A stretch of DNA of 45,635 nt from assembly GCA_051294375.1 (NCBI GenBank), contig JBJCIZ010000631.1, positions 33,429-79,063 of the forward strand. Direction: 5' to 3'. The position numbers and the translations under genes are program-made. Within the stretch, counting starts at the first letter, position 1. Each line of letters begins with the position of its first letter. The notes below the pieces were generated by a model that saw nothing but the letters and a program-made list of their open reading frames with translations, had not been told where the DNA came from and ran no database searches. The stretch comes from Paraspadella gotoi (lineage: Eukaryota > Animalia > Chaetognatha). This document shows, piece after piece, positions 25,934 through 35,799 of the stretch.

Positions 25934-26119
25934 CTCTCTCTCCCTGTAACTCAATGTCAAAGAGACAAACTTGGTTATTGTCAAACACTGATGAAGACTC
26001 CAAAGTGCAGAGTCGAAACATGTCTGCCACAAACTGTCAATAAAAATTCGTTGTCAAAACAAATAAAATTGTTTTTCTCCTAATGCCCAAAAACAACGAA
26101 AATCGAAAGTCTATACACT
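25225..26119 (+). mobile_element. 5'-truncated Penelope-like retroelement fragment (ORF tail plus pLTR with hammerhead)
   Basis: Flanked by the 11-bp direct repeat atatctatccc (25214-25224, 26120-26130). Startless open frame 25226-25495. Hammerhead at 25988. Region 25549-26030 is homologous to the minus strand of 44956-45435. Confidence 0.7.
25980..26032 (+). ncRNA. Minimal type I hammerhead ribozyme
   Basis: CTGATGA (25988-25994), stem II gactc/gagtc, GAAAC, palindromic stem III acatgt, GTC cleavage triplet ending at 26024. Confidence 0.85.
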
Positions 26120-26960
26120 ATATCTATCCCAAAAACTAACCTTATTCCTAACCAAAATCCTAAACAATTAATCCATCGTTCAAATTATCGTCATCGTTTT
26201 TGTCGATCCCGATCCTGACTAAGTCATCCAGCCAGAAAGAGAGCGAGAGAGATTCACTGCTTCGTCATACGGCAAGGGGGCATCGATGATTGAAAAGGAC
26301 TAATATTTTGGTACAAGCAAAAATATTTTATAAATCAAAACAATATTATGAAAGTCGCAATATTATTACTATCAGCAGATTCCGACTCTATAATTCACTT
26401 TGTCGGTCCGTCGGTCCCACCCCAAAATATTGTCGGTAAATCATTACTATCATATCAGAACATCCAATTATGATAAATTATGCAAAAAAAATGATGTCCA
26501 TCCGTCTGTTCATTTGTCCGTCCGTCTGTCCGTCCCCTCTTAGCAAAAAACTCCAATTACTCATGATTGGATGGATGGATTGGTATGAAATTTTGTGTGT
26601 GGGTAGGAAACTGTGTGATTGAGATGGATATGAAGTGCGAGTGGAAATTGGTTTAAATGGAAAAAACCAAAAAAATCTATTTCACAATTTGAACGCCAAT
26701 TGCTCATGAGTGGATAGAGCAATTGACTTGAAATTTTGTATGATGGTAGGAAAGTGTGTGATTGAGCTGGATATAAAGTTTCGATGGAATCGTGAGAGTG
26801 GAAATGGGTTAAAATGGAAAAAACTAAAGTCATATTTACTTGAAGTATTTTTACTTAAATTTACTCATAATTATTATGTTTATTAAAAATTGGATTGATA
26901 TGGAATTTTGTGTGTGAGTAGGAAAGTATGTGATAAAGCTGGATATAAATTTTTTGATGG

Positions 26961-28120
26961 AATTATGCCAGTTGATAAAATTAAGCCAGTTGATCAAATT
27001 CTGCAAGTTGACCAAATTATGCCAGTTGACCAAATTCTGCAAGTTGGCCAAATTATGCCTGTTCACCAAATTATGCCAGTTGACCAAATTATGCCAGTTG
27101 ACCAAATTATGCCAGTTGATAAAATTAAGCCAGTTGACCAAATTATGCCAGTTGACCAAATTATATTAATTGACCAAATTATGTCAGTTGACCAAATTAT
27201 GTCAGTTGAACAAATTATGTCAGTTAACCAAATTAGGCCAGTTAAACAAATTAAGTCAGTTGACCAAATTATGTCAGTTGACCAAATTATGTCAGTTGAC
27301 CAAATTATGTCAGTTTGTAAATGTAAGCATGACTCTTTCAGTTGTGACCCGGTGGCTCATTGAGTAAAGCCATCAGCTCATGACCACTAGTTACCGGGTT
27401 CAATCCCAACCCGGTACCTACCCTGCGGAAAGAGTGAGGACGGCCGTAAGCCGCCTTGGGGGCGTGGCAAACCCTCAGGCCAGGTTCCAAGCCCAGGACC
27501 CGTTCCATGTCTGCTAGAGGGAGTTATAGAAGTTACGGATAGTCATCTTCTGCCCACTTAGCGCCTTATCCAAAATGGTGAGCCCATCCTGTCGAACGTA
27601 TTCCAACCTGATTCCAGGCCCATGGACATGCCGAAGATTGCTCCTCTCCCTCCACTGGAAGCAGTGCAGGGTGGGTTACAATCTGGGGGGCATGTAGTTG
27701 GGCATTGCCTAGGTTCACCCCGCCTATAAGTATGACTCTTTCAGTTGTGACCCGGTGGCTCATTGAGTAAAGCCATCAGCTCATGACCACTTGGTATTGA
27801 ACCCGGTACCTACCCTGCAGGAAGAGTGAGGACGGCCGTAAGCCTCCTTGGGGGCGTAGCAACCCCTCAATCCTGGTTCCAAGCCCAGGACCCGTTCCAT
27901 GTCTGCTAGAGGGGGTTATAGAAGTTACGGATAGTCATCTTCTGCCCACTTAGCGCCTTATCCACAAGTTGACCAAATTATGTCAGTTAACCAAATTATG
28001 TCAGTTGAACAAATTATGTCAGTTGACCAAATTATGCCAGCTGACAAAATTATGTCAGTTGACCAAATTAAGCCAGTTGACCAAATAATGCAAGTTGATT
28101 AAATTATGCATGTTGACCAA
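26961..28120 (+). repeat. 18-bp minisatellite (gttgaccaaattatgcca)n, split by the 27322-27964 insertion
   Basis: Tandem units at ~26961-27315 that resume at 27965-28120. Confidence 0.92.
27322..27964 (+). mobile_element. TRIM-like element (or SINE dimer) with 251/240-bp direct repeats containing a tRNA-derived head
   Basis: Repeat 1 is 27322-27572 (tgtaag...ttatcca) and repeat 2 is 27725-27964, with a 152-bp unique interior starting aaatggtgagccc. A box tggctcattgag at 27353-27364 and B box ggttcaatccc at 27397-27407. Confidence 0.65.
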
Positions 28121-28233
28121 GTTAGCTTATTACCACTTAATTATTGTAGGCAGATCCGACATTGTTTGCTCAAACTTGTTGTTTTGATATATGATATATG
28201 ATTAAAATACTTTCTGGGAAGATGGGTATCTAG

Positions 28234-28302
28234 TTGCTTAGTCGGTAGAGCACAGGACTCTTAATCCTGGGGTCGTGGGTTCGAGCCCCACATTGGGCGC
28301 CA
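28234..28302 (+). pseudogene. tRNA-Lys(CTT) retropseudogene, 5'-truncated, with encoded CCA
   Basis: Anticodon stem cagga/tcctg with loop ctCTTaa, T arm gtgggttcgagccccac, ends gggcgCCA. The 5' acceptor strand is missing. Flanked by the 20-bp direct repeat ctgggaagatgggtatctag (28214-28233, 28303-28322). Confidence 0.9.
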
Positions 28303-29585
28303 CTGGGAAGATGGGTATCTAGCTAAAGGTAGGTTCTAACTAGTCTCTCATCTGGGAAAAGAGGTAAGAAGGGTAAGGAATATATTGGTAATAGGTAAAT
28401 AGCTACAACAAAGGGAACAAGGGTACATAAAAGGGAGAGAAGGAAGAGGGAAGGTTTTCAGACCCCGAGACCAAGAGGAGAAGTTGAGAGAGTGAGTACG
28501 ATCTCCAAGACTCTACCGAGACTCCGGGGATGAAGAGGAGGGGACGACGAGGGGAGGAGGGGGCTTTGAGAGGGGGAAGAGAAGGCCCGGGGGAGAGAGA
28601 GGTTCTGGTGGTAAGGTGAGCCTCTATCTTGACTTTGATCAAGGCATAGAATAAGAAATAGAATAAAATAAAAAAGAATAAGAAAAAAATACTTATTAAA
28701 AAATATCAAAAATATTTAAGATGATAAAAATTTTAAAAAACAATTACTATTTTGTTGAAGAGCAGGTGCCAGTGAAGATCTAGTGGGTGCAGATAAAGTT
28801 TATTTTGAATGTTCCTTTGTCTTACAAAAAGCTTTCTTCTTTTTAAAGCGCTATAGTCGAAAAAACGATTAAAACCTCTGGTCTTTTGTTTTTGCAAAAT
28901 TTCTTTTATTTGTAAAGCCATCTAGTGTATTAAGACTATGTGAATACAGAAGATATATATATAAAAAAATCTAAAAAAGCTGAAAAACTGAGGAAAAAAA
29001 GAAACTTTATCAGACCATGAAGGGAAAACTGAAACCTGGAAGCAAAATAAAAAAACTTTAAAACTTAAGTGGAGCAGAAAACGTTGCTTCCGTTTTATGT
29101 TTCTTACGTTTCTTACGTTGCTTACGTTGCTTTCGCTATTTTCCGGTTGTTATTTAAGTTTTTCGCCTTTTATCTTCCAGTTTTCAATTTTCCGATTGAT
29201 AATTTTGTATTTCATATTTATTTTTCTTTTGAAGTAGACTGCTGGTGTTAAGTTTATAATTATTATTAAATTTTAAGCTTTCATCTTATTTATTTTCCTT
29301 CAGAAAGCTCAAGATTTTTAAAATAGTTTTATTGAAATTATGTAAAAAACTCGGGGGCATCATTCAGACTTATTTTTTTTACACTTTTGTGAAAAACTCG
29401 GAAGCATAATTCATATTTTTTCCCCCAGTTATGAATACAATTTGTTTTTATTTTTCTTCTCCGTAATTTTCTCTTTCTATTCTTCTCTTGACAATTTCCG
29501 CATAATTCAGGCTCGCATTTTTTTATTTCCGGGCTATTCTCCATTTTTCTTTTAGAAGCGCTTTTAGTATTCCTTTTGCAGACAG

Positions 29586-29587
<2 letters not shown>

Positions 29588-29629
<42 letters not shown>
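29588..29629. repeat. (CT)n microsatellite (others at ~23085-23170, 24050-24094, 25888-25930, 44450-44510, 45595-45635)
   Basis: Direct dinucleotide runs. Confidence 0.95.
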
Positions 29630-29635
<6 letters not shown>

Positions 29636-30055
29636 TTCATCTTTACTTCACTCTCTTTTATCTTCTCATTCAGCTTCTTCAGACGTTTTTTCTGTTCTTC
29701 TTTTTTTTTCTCTCTTTTTTTCGATTTTTTCGTTTTTTTTTTATCGATTTTAATTTTTTTGTTCCGTCTTTAGAATAAAAATAGGCTTTTTTTTTCTAAA
29801 AAAGGTAATATACCTAGAAATAGACTATTATTTTTGTAATGCAGGCAGGAGTAAAAAAAAGGAAAAAAGTAAGCATAAGAAAAAAATAAAGAAAAAAAAA
29901 CGATAGAAATGATGAAAGAAAGAAAGAAAGTAATAAAAAAGAAATAAAGAAAAAAGAATAATAGAGAAATAAGATTGAGCAAACAATGTCGATCATTATC
30001 GGTAATTATTATATTTAATTAATAATTAAATAATTCAAGTTAATTAATTAATTTG

Positions 30056-30276
30056 CAGCAGATCCGACTCTATAATTCACTTTGTCGGTCCGTCGGTTCC
30101 GCCCCCTCAATTTGTCGAGCACACACTTATATCATGTCAGAACATCGAATTATGATAAATTATGCAAAAAAAATAATGTCCGTCCGTCCGTCCGTCCGTC
30201 CGTCCCACCTTAGCAAAAAACTCCAATTACTCGTGATTAGATGGATGGATTGGTATGAAATTTTGTGTGTGGGTAG
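30056..30276 (+). mobile_element. Helentron/DINE-1-like element family A, 5' fragment
   Basis: Matches 26373-26605 including (gtcc)n. Homology stops abruptly at gggtag|tgttacg. Confidence 0.75.
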
Positions 30277-30712
30277 TGTTACGAAATAACTATCTATATA
30301 TCACGAAGAAATCCAGCTTCTCCACCTTTTCCCGATGCTCTTTTGTCTTTTTTACTGACGCAAGAATTGCCAGCTTTCCAGCGATTACAGAGACATCTTT
30401 TGGTTTAGACTTTTGTTATATATATATATACTTAAGTACAGATTCCGTGGCGGATTCTGATTAGTTCATCGGATTTCGATAGATTTTAATTACGATTTAT
30501 CGATATGAACCAATAGATCTGTCATTCTTGCACTTTTCAGTTCTCTGAAAATCTCGGAATCTTTAGTTTTTAGAAACTATTTGGTAATTGCTGGATTGGT
30601 GGACTTTCCTGTGAGAGATGCAACTTTTTGTTACTATTTTGGCTTCAGAAACAAGTAAGAAAGATTCTTTAAACTTTATATATATATATTGGCTGAGTTT
30701 GTATTAAATGTT
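30277..30712 (+). mobile_element. Possible LTR fragment of an outer element
   Basis: Starts TGTTAC exactly where the family A homology breaks. No partner copy is visible in the window. Confidence 0.35.
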
Positions 30713-31181
30713 TGTAAAGAATAGTCGTACGTTTACTGAATAGCTGTATTGCACTGCATAGTCGTACTAGCGCTGCTTACGGCGTCGTCGATATTTGTTT
30801 ATTTGAGTTGCCTAGTTACTGAAACCTTCACTACCGTTTTTGAGGCGCCGTAAGACGATTCGACGTTACGAGTTTTTGAAACGATTATTTTGAGGAAAAA
30901 CGTAAAAATCCTTAACTGCCCAAAATGTAAGATGAAATTGTAAAATGTAATTCGACATTGTATTTGATAAATAATATTTCTGCAGATTTGAACGCTCCAC
31001 GTCAATTCACTTCACATTCTACAATAAACTACTCTTCGTTGAAACTCACGGGCATTTTAACATTTAGACAGATTTTTGATAGGCTTTCGTAGTGGAAATT
31101 CGATTTCATATTCAAACTATTTTATTATTATTTATTTTTAAATCAAACTATTCAGCGAGCAAAAAAGGGAAAATAAAACCA
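30713..31181 (+). mobile_element. 5' LTR (at least this long) of a non-autonomous LTR retrotransposon
   Basis: Starts TGTAAAG and is nearly identical to 35084-35556. The true 3' end is unknown because the partner copy runs into an N gap. Confidence 0.85.
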
Positions 31182-31409
31182 CTACTTAGAGCCGGTTGGA
31201 TGAAGAGGACTTTGGCCCATTGACTCCGGCTGAATTTAACTATAACCCAGCAGATAGCCAGCGGGGCTAGCTGGGCTTTGGACAACGCTAATAGCCAGCC
31301 AATGGCTCACGCGAAGTTCGAATTTTTTTTGGCTTTAAATTTGGGCCGGTCTTTCGGGACTGGTGGCTAATATTCGTCGACGCCGCCGTAGGACACGAGG
31401 ACAAGGAAC

Positions 31410-33188
31410 GTGGATGCATGGACGTCGAAGCCGCCGCACTATCATCGATTTGGATGCGCCGTTCCGGTCAAAGCCGATTTCGTCGAAGCCGACAATAAAA
31501 GTATGGAAAGGCCTATGCCTAACGGCGATGGCGAGAGCGAGACCTTCACGATAAAAAAAGGATATTTTTATGATTCGCGAAATGCAAATGAGCGTGGCGT
31601 TCGGGCATTTCTCAACGAATTGAACCGAGAATTAAATAATTTCGTGGAAGCTTACCACAAAGCGAAGGTCGAGCTCACGGTTCAAACGATCACGAAATCT
31701 GACGGAGTGCGTGACCGCGTATACACGCTTTTCAAAGAACTTTCGCATTTCATTTCCGTGCACCCATCATTCGAGACCGACCGCGTGCGTAGTTTAATTA
31801 ATGATGATTATTCGAATTCCGTACCGCGCATGTTAGGGATTTGTCCTGTTATTGTTTTGCCCGCGTCGAGTACCGCGTCGGAAATGGAGGCAGATGGAAG
31901 AGAGATGATGAGGAAGATGAAGGGAGAAAGAGGAAAGACGATAATTGAAATAGAAATCGAGAAAAAGAGGATGGAATTAGAGGCGAGGAAAAGAAGACTT
32001 GAAGAGGAGGAAAGAAAAGTGAAAGAAAAACTGCGCCGCCAGGATGAGCGTCGCCGAGAGGAGCGCCGACGTGAGGAGCGCCGCCGAGAGGAGCGCCGCC
32101 ATGAGTGCCGTTTGGAGGAGTGCCGAATTGAGGAGTGCCGATTGAAAGAGCGCCGCCGAGAAGAACGCCGCCGCGAGGAGCGCCGAATTGAAGAGTACCA
32201 ATTGAAAGAGCGCCGCTGGGAGGAAAGTCGCTGTTGGGAGGAGCGCCGCCGGGAGGAGCTTCGCTGGGAGGAGCGCCGCTTCGAGGATCGCCGAATCAAG
32301 GAGCGCCGTAGAGAGGAATGCCGAGATGGTGAGGATAGATACAGCGTGCTGGCAGATAAGGAACCATCACCAACAATTGTACCCAATACGATCGTCACGG
32401 CGGTAAGGGAGCGGGAAAAGGAAGAGGAAAATAAGGGAGAGCCAGCCGCGGGGAGCTTTTTTCTACGATTTCAAAAAATGGGACGAAAAATTCTAGAATT
32501 TCTTGCCGTAACACCATCGGAGGTACTGCCGCAGTCTGTTGCACCACCAGTCCCAGTTCCGACATGTGCGCCGCCAGAACCCATTTACAGACCTGGATCA
32601 ACGTTTGTGCCCAGGCTGTCGGAGCAGAAAGTAGATCCGGAAGAAAAAGTTGCTGAAGGAAAAGTTGCTGACAACAAAGCTGAGGAAGAAGTTGCTGAAG
32701 TAGCTGAAAAATTTGAAGATGTTTCTGAGAAAGAAGTGGCTGAAGAAGTTGGCGAAAAAGTCGCTGAAAAAGTTGCGGAAAAAGTTGCGAGAGAAGTTGC
32801 TGGAAAAGTTGCGGAAAAAGTTGCGAGAAAAGCTGCTGGAAAAGCTGCGGGGGAAGCTGCTGGAAAAGTTGCGGAAGAAAATGCTGAAGAAGCTGTCAAC
32901 GGGAAAGCTGTCAAAGAGAAACCAGTCAACCAGACAACTGCCTGTGATCAAGGATACGTTGCAAAATCACTTCTCATCATTTGGAGTTCTTTTTTAGTCT
33001 TGCTCCCGTCTGAATCTTTTTTGACAATTCAGTTCTTCAGTCTGCTGTCTGAGCCTGACTATAAGCTGTCAAATGCCAAGGCTTTGCTGGATACTCTGTC
33101 TGACAGTGAATTACTCAATGTGTCAAGTATCAAGGTCGTCCATGTGAAAAGCGTTGGGGAGCCTCCCCCATTGCTTTCATTTTTTTAA
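31410..33188 (+). CDS. Gag-like coiled-coil/low-complexity protein of the LTR element (592 aa from GTG; first ATG 31503)
   Basis: Long ORF just inside the 5' LTR, with a helical N-terminus, an E/R/K-rich coil, EERRR (15-bp) and EKVA (12-bp) repeats. No protease, RT or integrase motifs. The last ~85 aa read into compositionally different DNA. Confidence 0.5.
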   Translation: MDAWTSKPPHYHRFGCAVPVKADFVEADNKSMERPMPNGDGESETFTIKKGYFYDSRNANERGVRAFLNELNRELNNFVEAYHKAKVELTVQTITKSDGVRDRVYTLFKELSHFISVHPSFETDRVRSLINDDYSNSVPRMLGICPVIVLPASSTASEMEADGREMMRKMKGERGKTIIEIEIEKKRMELEARKRRLEEEERKVKEKLRRQDERRREERRREERRREERRHECRLEECRIEECRLKERRREERRREERRIEEYQLKERRWEESRCWEERRREELRWEERRFEDRRIKERRREECRDGEDRYSVLADKEPSPTIVPNTIVTAVREREKEEENKGEPAAGSFFLRFQKMGRKILEFLAVTPSEVLPQSVAPPVPVPTCAPPEPIYRPGSTFVPRLSEQKVDPEEKVAEGKVADNKAEEEVAEVAEKFEDVSEKEVAEEVGEKVAEKVAEKVAREVAGKVAEKVARKAAGKAAGEAAGKVAEENAEEAVNGKAVKEKPVNQTTACDQGYVAKSLLIIWSSFLVLLPSESFLTIQFFSLLSEPDYKLSNAKALLDTLSDSELLNVSSIKVVHVKSVGEPPPLLSFF

Positions 33189-35075
33189 GTTGAAAAAATT
33201 CATACAACATTGATTATGAGGATCAGAGACAGGAAAAGTTATATGATTATGGTTCATAGCAAAACGGTTTGGATCCCATTAATTACCTCATAAAACTCAC
33301 TCACTCTACTTAAAGTAAGATAAAGGATGCATAGGAGTAACCACAGAGATTAAAAGATATACAATGCTGGGCTTCAAGTTAGTGAAAAAAAAAAAGGAAG
33401 AAAGGAAGAAAAAGAAAGATTTGTCAATTATTGATGAAGATGAATTTGAATTATAAAGATGAACAGAGATGAAGTTCCTTTATAAATTGTGCAAGCTTGG
33501 TCTCACAAAAGCTTAAGATGAAAATTCTGACATTGACGAAAACATTAAATAAATAATTTAAATCCTTGTCCAAGTTGAAGAAGAAAGACAAGGAAGTGTG
33601 AATAGGAGTAGGACTCCTATAGTTTGCTGCTTGGAGCAGCTGATGAAGTTCGACGCTTAAGGAAAAGGTGGTTGAACTTGCAAGTGGAATAAAATTTTGT
33701 GAGGGACTCACATTCGAAGTAGCAAGAAGTGTGAGTAAGAGATATTTCTGGAGTAAAAAGGTAGACTCTGGATAAATTTAAAATTCAAGAACACATTGAA
33801 CAAGTTTGGATGTGTATGACGCAAAATGAGCTGAGAGGATCTCAATAGAGGAAAAGTACAGGTCTTCTGCGGCTCAGAGACAATGATGACAAAGTAGTTT
33901 TTTCAAGTTTGTGGGCCAGGTTAGCTACTAACCTCGCAAAGGAATCAAATCTTCATGTCATAGAAAAAGTGGTTAAAGTGAAACTTTGTTCATGTCATTT
34001 TAATTGGTGCCCAGCAATTATATACCAATTTTTATTACTAACAGTTAACTTTATACAAAATTTGAAGACAGTTAAATAAAAGAGAAAGATACGTAAAATG
34101 AGTGAGTTGAAAGAAGCTAAAGACTTAGCGCGGGCTTGTATTTGTTTTCATTGTTTGTTTTTAAGAACGCCATAGAAACACTAAGCAATCTAAACCAGGT
34201 TTCTTGAGTGCAAGAAAGGGGGAGAAAGTTCCAGAAGTGAGTCAAAACAGTTTGTCCGGTCTCGAATGCACGCACACACATGCCCGCACACTTACATGCA
34301 CCCAAAACGTCGTTCCAGACAAGATAAAGACAAAACGAAAGACGGTAGGCAAAGCGTCAAGCAAGCAAACGTCAAGCAGAGCAGAACGTCATCAAGCAGA
34401 GCAGAACGTCATCAAGCAAAGCAGCAATCGCGGCGTCAGTCCTAGCGCGTTGTCAAGGAGACAACGCCGGGCGCCGTGGCGTGGAAAGAGAGATGAAACG
34501 AGACCCGCTAAAGAGTGTTGAGACTCATCGCCATAGAGTCGGTTGAGATGCTGCTGAACTACATCAGAGAGTCGATCAAAGATGTTCCAGTCCGTCATCA
34601 AAGGACGTTGCAACGGGTCGTCAAGGTGTGTCAACCCAAAGATGCCACAGGATCCGGTCAAAGAAGTTCGTTCACATGCCTCAAGAAGTTCTCAGAAAGA
34701 TGATGCAGATTTTCAACCTGTTCCGGCCTAATGCAGAGCGTCGTCATGGAGACGAAGCAGGAGATCGTCCAGATCGCCGTCAGGGAGGTGATGCCAGGAC
34801 CGGAAGCAGAACGTCACTGAGCACCGACGTCACTCGCGGGAGAATGGACAACGTCAACGGGGGGAGCTCGTTGCCATAGAGACGATGAAAGCCGGGCGCG
34901 ACTTGGGAATACGGGGAAATAAACTCTGGGGATCATGGGGAAATGAACTTTGGGGAAAGGGGCAGTACGTCGAAAAAGAATCAACTACCCTCATCAAATT
35001 GCCATTGGCGAAGACTTGATTTGTTCATGTACGACTATTCAGTAGTTGTATGTTTTTTAGGTCGAAGGGTCGACC

Positions 35076-35083
35076 GGGGGGAG
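35076..35083 (+). promoter_or_regulatory. Polypurine tract
   Basis: G-rich purine run (six G then AG) immediately before the TGT of the 3' LTR, as in BEL/Pao elements. Confidence 0.75.
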
Positions 35084-35556
35084 TGTAAAGAATAGTCGTA
35101 CGTTTACTGAATAGCTGTATTGCACTGCATAGTCGTACTAGCGCTGCTTACGGCGTCGTCGATATTTGTTTATTTGAGTTGCCTAGTTACTGAAACCTTC
35201 ACTACCGTTTTTGAGGCGCCGTAAGACGATTCGACGTTACGAGTTTTTGAAACGATTATTTTGAGGAAAAACGTAAAAATCCTTAACTGCCCAAAATGTA
35301 AGATGAAATTGTAAAATGTAATTCGACATTGTATTTGATAAATAATATTTCTGCAGAGTTTGAACACTCCACGTCACTTCACTTCACATCCTACAATAAA
35401 CTTCTCTTCGTTGAAACTCACGGGCATTTTAACATTTAGACAGATTTTTTGATAGGCTTTTGTAGTGGAAATTCGATTTCATATTCAAACTATTTTATTA
35501 TTATTTATTTTTAAATTCAAACTATTCAGCGAGCAAAAAAGGGGAAAATAAAACCA
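35084..35556 (+). mobile_element. 3' LTR (truncated by a 10-N gap at 35557-35566)
   Basis: Direct repeat of 30713-31181, preceded by the PPT. Confidence 0.88.
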
Positions 35557-35799
35557 NNNNNNNNNNCTTCTAACTTCACTTCAAACACTTCACTTTAACT
35601 TTAACTTACTTTACTTTAACTTCAACTAAGTCCTGGGCTTCGCCTTTGTGGCCGAGACTTTGTCGTCCTCATCTATTGAGCATCATAGACCGGCGCCATC
35701 GTCTCCTCTGCGCCATTAAGCCACAAATACCAACGCTTATTTGGCGTAGAGTTAGCCCGAAAAAGTTAGCAAGTCAATGAAACCACTCTCCGAACTTAG

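Larger units (their letters stand above)
26371..28180 (+). mobile_element. Helentron/DINE-1-like element family A, full-length copy with a nested insertion
   Basis: 5' atcagcagattccgactctataa, (gtcc/gtct)n, three diverged internal blocks (aaattttgtgtgtgggtaggaaa), an 18-bp array, then 3' gcagatccgac (28150-28160), hairpin gtttg-ct-caaac (28164-28175) and ttgtt. Confidence 0.75.

Noticed and set aside
26851-27367. ORFs with VDQIMP / TKLCQL / NWHNLV repeats
   Set aside because: All are readings of the 18-bp minisatellite inside a non-autonomous element.
28228-28302. Functional tRNA-Lys gene, or an LTR primer-binding site on the minus strand
   Set aside because: The 5' acceptor strand is missing and CCA is encoded. 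The match extends ~69 nt, far beyond an 18-nt PBS, and is bounded by a TSD.
28325-28360. Fourth hammerhead (minus strand cagatgagagac...)
   Set aside because: The core would be CAGATGA rather than CTGATGA, and there is no proper stem II/GAAA.
31300-31372. Primer-binding site for the inner LTR element (tggctcacgcg or tggtggctaa)
   Set aside because: Neither matches a tRNA 3' end well enough by eye, and the LTR 3' boundary is undefined.
31808-32997. Antisense and alternate-frame ORFs over the 592-aa ORF
   Set aside because: Shadows of the 15-bp and 12-bp repeats.
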